From: a virus
Length of the DNA: 63,327 nt
Direction: 5' to 3' (one strand)
Virus record (IMG/VR): IMGVR_UViG_3300034523_000087
The notes under the pieces were generated by a model, which searched no databases, was not told the DNA's origin, and saw only the letters and a program-made list of their open reading frames with translations. The translations under genes were made by a program, and so were the position numbers. Below are positions 52,801 through 60,847 of the stretch, in pieces (position 1 is the stretch's first letter; each line of letters starts with the position of its first letter).

Positions 52801-55800
52801 GATCTTCGCCTGCGCCGGCACGGTGATGTCCAGCACGGGCACACCGATACGCCGCGCCAGCATGACCGCCGGGGTACTGGCTCCGGCTGTGATCACCACA
52901 TCGACCGGATCTGCGCCGGACGGGCCGAGGATGCGCGCGTAGGCGCTTTTGCTGTACGGCCCGGTGTCCTGTTCCACATCCAACCGCGTACCGCTGATGG
53001 TGAACCCCCGTCGCGTGTAGGCGTTCATCAGGTTCGTGGCGTCGCGGCTGCGAAGCACCTCGCTACGGTTCAAGGCGAAAGCGACCTTCAACGGCGTACC
53101 GTTCATGGCTGCTGCCATCGGCGCGGCCCAGGCACCCGGTACGTTCGTCTGCGTGGTGTTCATCCACGACCGCTGCTGCACGCTGGCGGCGACGTTGTTC
53201 ATGTGCGCGCCGAAGTCCAGCGGGGAAGGCCCAGGCCGGCGGCGGCCTATCGGCGTCGGTTCGTTCCGTGCGGCCGCACCTTCCCGTCCGGTGGCGGCTT
53301 CGATGGTCTGCGCCTGCATACGCTCCGGGTCGAGTTCCTGCATGCCCTGCTGGGCAGCGAAATCTTCGAGGTTCCGGCGTTGCAGCTGCTCGTCGGTGCC
53401 GGTGTTGTCCACCGGAGCAGGCCGGCGGTCGAGTTGGCGCTGCCAGAAGTCGCGCACGGACGGGTCTTGGGCCTGGGCAGCGCCCTGGGCCAGCAGGCGC
53501 AGGCTTTCGCGCATGGGGCCGCGGTCGGCAACGGTCCTGGCCAGGGTGTCGATGGGGCTGCCGGGGGTGCGCAGGGAGCCTAAATCCATGGCCGGAGGCA
53601 GTGGTTCGCCGGTCAGTGTGGCGGTATTACCCTCCAGAGCCACGCCACGGGGGCTGGCAGCGCGCAGGAGACGCGCTGCGGCTTCGGTAATGGTAGCGGT
53701 GCCCCCTCGCCGCTGAAGCGCTCCCAGGAGCGTCTGGACGGCGTATTCGTCGATCAGGCGCTCAACGTCCGCCTGTCGTGCATATTGCACGGTTCGCTCC
53801 GGGTTTTCGTACGTTTGTACCAAGTCTTGGAGCGCTTCGGCGGTCGGGCTATCCAGGCCGATGGCATCACGAGGCAGACCGGCGCGCGGTTGGTCTGCTC
53901 CCTGGCGCAGGTCCGCCACGGTGACTGCTACCTCGCCGCTCCCGTCCTTGTACCGGGCCACCACGGCGGTGTCCGGTAACTGGAACTGGTAGCCGGCGTC
54001 GGCCAGGGTGCCCAGGCCATCGGATAGGGCGTCACGTAGCGCCTGGGCATCACGACGGCCGAATACCTGCGCGCCTACCAGACGGCGCAGGTCCACGGCT
54101 ACGTTCGTGCCCTCCGGCGTCGTGGCGGCGATGTAGCTACCGGCGGACGGGTTGTTCGGCTCTTGGTTCAGCCGCTCAACGGTAGAACGACGAAGCTGTC
54201 GTACACTGCGAAGGGCTTGTGCTGCACCCGTAGCGTCGGGTCGGACTGCCCGAACAAGGACCGAACTTGCCAGGGCGTCAGGCGACAGCCCAAGTTCTGC
54301 TGCAACGTCTGCGGGATCGACGCCGAGTTCGCGCAAGGCTCGCTCGGCAGGCACGCGTTCGATAGCTCCATCCGGGTTCGCTCTTCGAGCTGCTTCTTCA
54401 GCACGCTGAAGTCGTTGTGTATCGGCGCGGGCAATCGGAGCGGGAATACCGAGTCCGCCAGTTTGAATCCGGCGGTTTCCGGTGGTGTCGCCGAACCAGT
54501 TCTCGGCGGCGGACTCGACAGTTCGAGCTTGGTCGAACTCTCCACCATCGAGTCCATCGTCAAGAGCATCGGCAGATTGGGGAGCATCGGATACCTCGCT
54601 CGTGTTACGGCTTGGGGACTCACCGCGCAGGCTGGCGTCGAGTCCGTCGAGCACCTGCTGCGGGTTGGCGAAGGCACGTTCGAGGAACGGTTGTAGCTCA
54701 CCGGTGCCGGTGGTGAGTTCGACACGCAACGCATTCGACAACTGACGGAGATCCTGCGGGCGCATGGTGTCGCGGTACTCAGGGCGCAGGCTTTGGAGCA
54801 GGAACTGATCGAAATCACCGCGACGCTGCTGGTCCTGCCGGATAGCGCGCGCAGCGGCCTCGTTCGGTTCCAGGGCGTTCAGGACCGAGTACGCACGCTC
54901 GCCAAACACGTCCAGCGCGCCGTCGATGGTGTTCTCGTCAATCTGCCCGTTCCGCACGCGGTCGGCCAGCACGTCGAGGTACTGCCGAACTGCCGGATGA
55001 CTTGCTTCCTGACCCTGTAGGATGCGATCGACCTGCTCGAACCCGGCTACCGGCGCGCGGCGGCTCGCACGCACACCCTCGGGCTGCATGCGGTTCAACT
55101 CACGAAGCGCTGCATCACGTGCTTGGAAGGTATCGGACAATTGCGCCACGCGTTCCTGGGCGATGGGGTCAAGCTCCAGTTCCGTAGAGGCGAGTTCCTG
55201 CCGGGTGCTGTCGTCCAGATCCGGTCGATTCAGAAGCTCTTGGCGCTCCAGCTCCAGCTGTTCACTGCGTTGCAGGTCACGCTCAAGGCTCTGCTGGGCC
55301 TGCTGCTCGATAGGCAGGGAAGGGTCTACGGTGTCCGGCGCACGCGCGGCTCGTGCGCTGAGCCTCGACGGCATACTGGCGAGAGCAGTGGTACCTCCGC
55401 TTATGGCCGCTACGGGACCACCGCCCGCGGCACCGGCGGCGGTGTTCTCAAGGAACGACTGGCGTGCTTCCGGGTCGGTGATCGGGTTGACGCCGATCTC
55501 AGGGTTGTACAGCGACTGGGCACCGCGGCTTACGACATCCTGCGCGCCCTCGGTCAAACCCTCCAGCGCTGTCGAGGTGCCGAACTCCCTTGCGCCTCGG
55601 CCTATTGCTCCGGCCACGGTCTGCGATGCACCACCGGCAGCTTCTCGGCCGAGCCGGCCGAGTATGCGCGCTTCGGGCAGAATCTCCAGGCCGGAGCTGA
55701 CCACACCCGCCCCTGTCGACGCCAGGGCACGTTCTGCCAGCGTAGCCGTAGAGTTCGGATCGGTCCGCATGGCGTAGGAGGTTTCGCCAGCGATCGGTGC

Positions 55801-56211
55801 CAAGACAGCCGCGCCGCCAGCCAGCGGACCGCCGACAGCGGTAGCGCCCAGGGCAGCGGCACTCACCGGTGCGGATTCACCGGCGGCGTTGACGACGAAT
55901 TCCCCCAGGGTACGGGCGTCGCGGATATCCCCCAGTTGCTGCGCCCCGGCCTGCTGCGACTGCGCCTCAGCCATCTTCCGATCGGCGTAGTTGTACAGGT
56001 TCTGCGCGGTAGAAGACATCCCAGCGGATTCAGCCAGGGTGCCGGCGTAATCGGCGGACAGCGCGGCAGTCTGTGCGTTGCCCCGGCGCACAGCCGCGCC
56101 GGTCAAGCTCGTAGGGTTGTACGGGAGATTGGGGTCCGCCTGCACCGGTGACGTTTCCACGTCACCAAGGGGCCGGACGGGACGAGTTTCGTCAAAGGGC
56201 GTAGTGGCCAT
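49861..56211 (-). CDS. giant multidomain virion (ejection/polyvalent-type) protein, 2116 aa
   Basis: Single uninterrupted ORF at the end of the structural operon. Gly/Ala-rich N-terminus; HESMH (HExxH, aa 1343-1347 = nt 52171..52185); hydrophobic helices near aa 1771-1796 and 2009-2030. Confidence 0.85.
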   Translation of the reverse strand: MATTPFDETRPVRPLGDVETSPVQADPNLPYNPTSLTGAAVRRGNAQTAALSADYAGTLAESAGMSSTAQNLYNYADRKMAEAQSQQAGAQQLGDIRDARTLGEFVVNAAGESAPVSAAALGATAVGGPLAGGAAVLAPIAGETSYAMRTDPNSTATLAERALASTGAGVVSSGLEILPEARILGRLGREAAGGASQTVAGAIGRGAREFGTSTALEGLTEGAQDVVSRGAQSLYNPEIGVNPITDPEARQSFLENTAAGAAGGGPVAAISGGTTALASMPSRLSARAARAPDTVDPSLPIEQQAQQSLERDLQRSEQLELERQELLNRPDLDDSTRQELASTELELDPIAQERVAQLSDTFQARDAALRELNRMQPEGVRASRRAPVAGFEQVDRILQGQEASHPAVRQYLDVLADRVRNGQIDENTIDGALDVFGERAYSVLNALEPNEAAARAIRQDQQRRGDFDQFLLQSLRPEYRDTMRPQDLRQLSNALRVELTTGTGELQPFLERAFANPQQVLDGLDASLRGESPSRNTSEVSDAPQSADALDDGLDGGEFDQARTVESAAENWFGDTTGNRRIQTGGLGIPAPIARADTQRLQRAEEAARRANPDGAIERVPAERALRELGVDPADVAAELGLSPDALASSVLVRAVRPDATGAAQALRSVRQLRRSTVERLNQEPNNPSAGSYIAATTPEGTNVAVDLRRLVGAQVFGRRDAQALRDALSDGLGTLADAGYQFQLPDTAVVARYKDGSGEVAVTVADLRQGADQPRAGLPRDAIGLDSPTAEALQDLVQTYENPERTVQYARQADVERLIDEYAVQTLLGALQRRGGTATITEAAARLLRAASPRGVALEGNTATLTGEPLPPAMDLGSLRTPGSPIDTLARTVADRGPMRESLRLLAQGAAQAQDPSVRDFWQRQLDRRPAPVDNTGTDEQLQRRNLEDFAAQQGMQELDPERMQAQTIEAATGREGAAARNEPTPIGRRRPGPSPLDFGAHMNNVAASVQQRSWMNTTQTNVPGAWAAPMAAAMNGTPLKVAFALNRSEVLRSRDATNLMNAYTRRGFTISGTRLDVEQDTGPYSKSAYARILGPSGADPVDVVITAGASTPAVMLARRIGVPVLDITVPAQAKIAGDLARAFDRATREDLHNRRESMDPVANREARRSLDTRQGVQRSRDILGAAIDKQLSAQWADPAATERLLRLGRLSFIADDAFFEAGLAGRSVTYLADNIDSLEAYHQQYLGETSQAGQSSDTPRESARPQGAADMSTAQAKDLTDYINRVLPADVMFSIEKLPGISGMFTEKLDPTRPDIHGNPTMQRFIKVAINAASPMSTAFHESMHALISVLRGQKQQSQFIKVLDRAASNPVVLGKMRSLLASEPAALEQLSDPEERIAYMYELWASGMLDLQAQPQTWLSRFAGWIRGTLSILDNQQKAELYLQAFKDGKLRRPSAVNRVVMQSLSGPERALVSSKVADRVSTLTGKFLRTAHGRLKNYGNPALSKIADQFYARSDTQGQRAGYIQTVREVTNLFGTQLANIIKTMDEQQLADLSTALHSNTRPSDPALAQKYDDTKSLLRRVFNYMKVSNVDVSQVQDYFPQAWSREAIDADFDNFVNALVSVGQVRDSNGNWVDMTPDVAESVAENLVGNEGQLALSEDLVGYSPYMEAVNERKIRLKDRAPVAAYMDPDIVRVLTRYVTQAAKRGEYTKHFGQNGERLKAQLQEAKRYGLTDEQIERDVAPAIQALEGTLGSSIDPHLRGAMSGLITWQNLVVLPLSIFSSLIDPLGIVVRGGEVSDAWTAFKAGVRNIPQSLRRNGNKLDIQRFAEDVGTVEESFVLDLLGDMYGSNYMSDWARKTNNLLFKYNLMEGWNTAMRSAATVAAEKFIIRHAEGVNQHSTRYLDELGITAADVQTDANGRLLFRAQDFIDQGMNPKDAIQKSRLLREAIGRWVDGAVLRPHAADRPAWASDPHWMLVWHLKQFTYSFQRTILDRATHELRNGNYAPMLTLVAYVPFMIAADFLKAMLQGAGDEPDWYKSQDAGDIVLRGVERAGLLGVRQFATDGIESPAFTLGPTFSYMLKAGEKTLDGDVTGAALGALPGNALWKDWIDR

Positions 56212-56214
56212 GGC

Positions 56215-56262
56215 GGTCCTGCGCTAAGTCGGCGGTGAGATTCCGCCTACTATAGCGCAGGA
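56215..56262 (-). promoter_or_regulatory. nested intercistronic hairpin covering the RBS of the giant gene
   Basis: 11-bp arms GTCCTGCGCTA/TAGCGCAGGAC enclose the inner GGCGG/CCGCC stem; on the mRNA the 3' arm contains the AGGA that precedes ATG 56211. Confidence 0.6.
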
Positions 56263-56268
56263 CGCCGC

Positions 56269-58698
56269 TTAGTTGGACAGGCTATCCAACCGGGTCCGCA
56301 GATCCGGGTCCAGGCCGGGGAACGTACGGATGGCCGCCACGGCTCGCTGACGGTCATCCGCGCTCATGTTACGCGCCTGTTGCAACAGCCGGCGGGCGTA
56401 GGCGTTGGCCAGCGGAGCGAATTGGCTGGTCCGCTCGTCCTGCTGCCTGGACCGCCCCAGCACGCCGGGGTTGCTGCCCTGGTACTGGAATCCGCCGAGG
56501 TTGTACAGGTTGCCGTCCCTCGTGCGCAGTACCGGGTCGCCGTTGATGACTTGGATCGAGTCGACGTTCGAGTCCATGGTCGGGTCCAGCACGTTCGCGC
56601 CGGAGACTACCGCGTTCGGCGTCTCGGAAAGTGCGTTCCCGGCGACTGCACCACCCAGGCCGCCGGCGGCAGCGCCGAGGATGGCCCGCCCAGCGTTCAG
56701 TGCGCGCCCGGCGGGGGTACGACGTGCGCCCATAGCCAAGCCGCCCAAAGCAGCGCCACCCAGGCCACCCAGGAGGGTTCGAGGGTCGGACTGGTCCTGC
56801 TGCCCACGCTGCACCGTCTGCGCTGCGTCGAAGAACCGCTGCTGGGTAGTCGGGTCCATTTCGCTGACCGGCCGCAGGCTGGCCACGGAGCCATCGCTGT
56901 TCAGGCGGTACACACCACGGCGGAAGTTCTGGTACGCCTGCTGTACAGCGGCGAGTCGTTCCCGTGCCTGCGGATTGGTCTGCGATTCGCTGCGCAGCGC
57001 CTGGAGCTGCTGCGCGTAATCGGCCTCCTGCTGCTGTACCCAGTTCGGTTGGTACTGCGACAGGAACGCTTGGGTGGCCTGCGGCACCACGGTTTCGCCG
57101 GACTCCGGGTCTTGACGGCCGAACTGGGCAGCCAAGGCGGTGTTGAAGTCCTCCCGGTTCGTGCCGGCGAAGTTTGCGTCGTCGGCCGATGCTTGCCGCC
57201 CCTGCTGCATGCGCAGGCGTTCGAGGCCCATCAGCTGCTGGAACGCGGCGTTCTGAGCACCGAGCCGGGCACGAAGCGCACGGTCGCCGATCTCAGCCTG
57301 ACGCTCGTTATTGACGAAGGTGTCCGCGGTGCCCTGGCGGATGGTGCCCATTTCGCCGAGACGACGGTTCTCACCCATCAGCGCACGGGCTTGCATCAGA
57401 TCGGCGGCGCTACCGCTACGGATCAAGCTCTGGATCTGGCCTTCGTTGATCCGCATCCGCTGCTGCGCCATCCGAGCATCGGCAACAGCCTGACGACGAG
57501 CGTCGCGCGCATCGAGTTCAGCGATCGACGGCACACCGGCGGACGAGATCGTGTTGGCCAGCGGGCGAGCACCCGCAGCCGAACCTCCAGTCGTACCGGA
57601 TGCGGCACCGGCCCCGCCGGGGATATTGGTGAACGTCGGGACACCACCGACGGTAGTGCGCTGCACGGTGTCAGTACCGCCGCCAGGGCGCGCGAACGAC
57701 AGGTTGGTGGGCGTAGCCGCGCCGAGCGGTGCGCTCGGTTGGACAGCAGTCGCCTCAGTCGGCGCAGCAGCGGCGGGGGAGGGAGTAGCCGGTGCGGCAG
57801 GCGCAGTAGCGGCCTCGGCAACGATGTCTCGCTCGGTCACTGCCGGCGGAGTAACTGCCGGTGCCGGAGCCGTCACTGCACCGGCAGTTACCGGCTCGGC
57901 GACAGTAGTACCGCCCAGCGTGCGGAACCGAGGGGTATTACCCTGAGCGTCCCGCCCGGTGATCGGGTCTACCGACATGCTACTTTCGCCCCCCGGTCCG
58001 GTCGGCACGTCCCCGTCTGCGGCGGACACCATGACGTTCTCACGCGGGGCTTGAGGTGCCAAACCACGCTGCTGGAGGTCTTCCAGCGGACTGACACCGG
58101 ACCCTCCAATAGCTCGGTCAAGGGAACGAACAGCGCCATCACCGGCGGCGTACCCCGCGCTGCCCAGGGCAGTCGCTCCAGCAATACCGGTGGCAAGGGC
58201 GCCAGGACCAGAAGGAGCGCCACCCACACCGCCAGCAGCCGCGCCAAGAGCACCCCCAACACCGGCACCCAGGAGTGGGGCGGCATCGAAGCCAACCTGG
58301 CGAGCAGTTTGCCCAAGATCGCCTTCGGTTCCCTCGTATACGCGGCGAGCATTGTCGATAGCCGGAATAGCACCAGCCAATGCACCGACTGCGCCGCCCA
58401 AACGTCGGGGGGCTACGCGGGCCTGCTGCGCGCCGCCGAGCACGCGGTTGGATTTAGCGAGCGCTTCTTGAACACCGGACGGCATAGGCTCCGGCGGTAG
58501 GCCACGCATGGGCGCGGTGATGGTGCGCGTGGCGGCGTTCTGCCGGATACGCACAGCCGAGTCGTCAGCAGCACTTGCGGTGGGCGGCAGCCCGCTTTCA
58601 CCGCGGCGCAGGGGCCGGCGCGTTCCGTCGCCACCGGTGTAGTCGATCTCGTCGACGGGAATCTCTTCGACGCCGTATCCGAGCGGTTGACGAGCCAT
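56269..58698 (-). CDS. internal virion/ejection-type protein, 809 aa
   Basis: Long Gly/Ala-zipper-like segments (GGAVGALAGAIPA..., GAGVGGALGAAAGGVGGAPSG), Ala/Pro/Thr-rich linker, Gln-rich helical region; lies next to the giant gene. Confidence 0.8.
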   Translation of the reverse strand: MARQPLGYGVEEIPVDEIDYTGGDGTRRPLRRGESGLPPTASAADDSAVRIRQNAATRTITAPMRGLPPEPMPSGVQEALAKSNRVLGGAQQARVAPRRLGGAVGALAGAIPAIDNARRVYEGTEGDLGQTARQVGFDAAPLLGAGVGGALGAAAGGVGGAPSGPGALATGIAGATALGSAGYAAGDGAVRSLDRAIGGSGVSPLEDLQQRGLAPQAPRENVMVSAADGDVPTGPGGESSMSVDPITGRDAQGNTPRFRTLGGTTVAEPVTAGAVTAPAPAVTPPAVTERDIVAEAATAPAAPATPSPAAAAPTEATAVQPSAPLGAATPTNLSFARPGGGTDTVQRTTVGGVPTFTNIPGGAGAASGTTGGSAAGARPLANTISSAGVPSIAELDARDARRQAVADARMAQQRMRINEGQIQSLIRSGSAADLMQARALMGENRRLGEMGTIRQGTADTFVNNERQAEIGDRALRARLGAQNAAFQQLMGLERLRMQQGRQASADDANFAGTNREDFNTALAAQFGRQDPESGETVVPQATQAFLSQYQPNWVQQQEADYAQQLQALRSESQTNPQARERLAAVQQAYQNFRRGVYRLNSDGSVASLRPVSEMDPTTQQRFFDAAQTVQRGQQDQSDPRTLLGGLGGAALGGLAMGARRTPAGRALNAGRAILGAAAGGLGGAVAGNALSETPNAVVSGANVLDPTMDSNVDSIQVINGDPVLRTRDGNLYNLGGFQYQGSNPGVLGRSRQQDERTSQFAPLANAYARRLLQQARNMSADDRQRAVAAIRTFPGLDPDLRTRLDSLSN

Positions 58699-58712
58699 GC
58701 TTCAGTCCTCAG

Positions 58713-59885
58713 TTAAAATTCTTCGCAGTATTCTATGTCGGTCCAGAATTTACCCACAACCGGCGGCTCCGGCGGGAGCAGCGGCACGCGGTAAATCTGG
58801 CCATTGTCGAACAGCACACACAAGCCATCCTGCACTTTCCCCATGAGCGGCGAGAGAATACCGGAGCTGGGGAATCCAGTGTATTCCTGGGTGAAAGTCG
58901 CACCGATAACAGTCGACGAAAGGATGCCGTTGTTCCCGAGGACGTAAATCAGGTCGTCCAGTCCTTTGACGAATGCAACCGGTTGTTGGTTTGTAGGTAC
59001 GGGCGAAGTCTGCTGCCAAGTTCCGCCGATGCGAGCGAAGTACGAGTCGAAGAAATTCGAACCATCATTGGTAATGCGCGCTGATACGATACCTACTTCA
59101 CCATCGAAGTACGCCGCGGGTGCCGGGTTCGGTTGCTGCGCATTGACGGCGATCTCGTAAGTGCTCGTGTCAATACCAAGGTAAATCTGCCCGTCGTTAG
59201 GATACGCCGGTTTGCAGATAACCAGACTATCGTAGAAATACGTGGTGGCCGGTACGATAGGATACTCAACATGCGTGAGTATGCTGCTACCAACAATACC
59301 GCCGGTAAGGAGGTTACCGCCATTGCTGGAGTTCCAAGCATTGCGCCCAGCCCAACTCAGCGCACCCTCCTTGTTGTTATAGAACGTCTGGATAGTGAAG
59401 CCTTCTTGGTTACCGGGTAGCATCTGGATCAGTTCTAGATTGACCAGATCCTGCGTACGGTAGATCGCTCTGTTCCACGGGCTGGATTGCATTTCTACCA
59501 CAAACCAGTAGTACCCCATGGTGATATCGTAGCCGGCAGTGACGAAGTTTCTGTAACCGCTCGGCATCGCAACTTCGGTCCACGACATACCAGCATCATC
59601 GGAGCAGAACAGGTAACTCACGTACTGCCCACCGGGCGTGTACCCGGAGCTGGTAAGCGTAAGATGTCCGTCAGTAAGCGACCCGTCAATTTGGGCCAAG
59701 TCGCCAGGGTTGATCGCCGGGGGCAGCCCCGTAGAGTTCCAAGTCAAACCGGCGTCGTTCGAGTACAAGACGTTCAAAGAGAACTGCGTGCGACCGACGA
59801 GAACCAACATGCGTTGGTTCCCATCGGTGACCAAGTTCGAGATGAAACCAACTCCGTCGTATACGAGTTCTGGAGTGACAGCCAT
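58713..59885 (-). CDS. Asp-box (BNR) repeat protein, putative receptor-binding or glycosidase beta-propeller
   Basis: SNDAGLTW and SDDAGMSW match S-x-D-x-G-x-T-W; visibly lower GC than neighbours. Confidence 0.75.
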   Translation of the reverse strand: MAVTPELVYDGVGFISNLVTDGNQRMLVLVGRTQFSLNVLYSNDAGLTWNSTGLPPAINPGDLAQIDGSLTDGHLTLTSSGYTPGGQYVSYLFCSDDAGMSWTEVAMPSGYRNFVTAGYDITMGYYWFVVEMQSSPWNRAIYRTQDLVNLELIQMLPGNQEGFTIQTFYNNKEGALSWAGRNAWNSSNGGNLLTGGIVGSSILTHVEYPIVPATTYFYDSLVICKPAYPNDGQIYLGIDTSTYEIAVNAQQPNPAPAAYFDGEVGIVSARITNDGSNFFDSYFARIGGTWQQTSPVPTNQQPVAFVKGLDDLIYVLGNNGILSSTVIGATFTQEYTGFPSSGILSPLMGKVQDGLCVLFDNGQIYRVPLLPPEPPVVGKFWTDIEYCEEF

Positions 59886-60847
59886 TACGGGTTACCTCCA
59901 CCGGCCGTAGCGCTGGCGATCTCGGCCTGGAGCGCAGACTGGGCGTTTGCGGCAGCAGCGGCGGCGTCACCGAACGCGCGCACAGCAGTGGCCAGGGCAT
60001 CCGCCGAGTTGTTCACGTTGGACGCAGCGATCACGTTCCGATCGTTGCTGATGCCGCCTTCCATGCGAGACTCAGCGGCGCGCAGCCTGATCTGCTCGAA
60101 CCCAAGCTCGACTTGGTAGTAGTTGGCCAGCGCCGAGGTCAACGAGCTGTAGGCCATGGCTTTGATTCGTCCGGCTTCCAAGTCTTTGTTCGGAATGTCG
60201 AGCCACTGTCGGTAGAAATCAGCCAGCGCCTGCATGATGCCGAGTTTCAACCGGATAGCCTGCTCTTCCGCGAACTTCATCAGGTCGAGTTTGATCTCTT
60301 CGGCGCGGATGGTTTGCGCGCGGTTCACGTCAGCGATGGCATCGGACATGCGCTCTTCTTCACGCGATACAGCACCGACCAGGGCACCGGGCGGGAGGGA
60401 GAATCCTCGGTTGGAGAAATCGACACGGATCTGCTGGACAGCGCTTTCACGTGCGCGAGTCTCCCTGTCGCGGCTGATGTGCCATTCAGCTTCGAACACC
60501 GACTTGTCCAGGCCGAACGGCTTCTGTCCGGTAAGGATGCCGCACAGCCATTCTTCGGGCTTGGTGCGCAGGCAGGCCGTCAACTCCGGGAAATACTGCT
60601 CAAGCCACTTCTCTACCTCACCGTCGAGGAACGCCACCGTCTCACCAGTCGTATCACCGGGCAGCAGGTCACCGAAGTTCGGCGGCGGCTCAATGACCGG
60701 TTTCTGTAGCGTGTAGCTCAGCGACGGCTTCGAAAGCGGCGGCGCGAAGTTGTTCTGGATACGGGAGGTGGTTTCCCGCGCAGTGCGCAGGGCATCGTTA
60801 ACCGTGTCCTGCAAAAAGTCGATCGTATCGTCGATGGCCATGTTCAA
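59885..60847 (-). CDS. hypothetical helical virion protein (320 aa)
   Basis: Track ORF; overlaps both neighbours by 1-4 nt. Confidence 0.75.
   Translation of the reverse strand: MNMAIDDTIDFLQDTVNDALRTARETTSRIQNNFAPPLSKPSLSYTLQKPVIEPPPNFGDLLPGDTTGETVAFLDGEVEKWLEQYFPELTACLRTKPEEWLCGILTGQKPFGLDKSVFEAEWHISRDRETRARESAVQQIRVDFSNRGFSLPPGALVGAVSREEERMSDAIADVNRAQTIRAEEIKLDLMKFAEEQAIRLKLGIMQALADFYRQWLDIPNKDLEAGRIKAMAYSSLTSALANYYQVELGFEQIRLRAAESRMEGGISNDRNVIAASNVNNSADALATAVRAFGDAAAAAANAQSALQAEIASATAGGGNP

Noticed and set aside
49861-56211. Giant protein as a virion RNA polymerase (DADFD and K-x3-K-x7-Y motifs)
   Set aside because: A DxDxD match is expected by chance in 2116 aa. There is no convincing motif C, and predicted membrane helices lie nearby. 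I keep it only as a low-probability idea to test by structure prediction.
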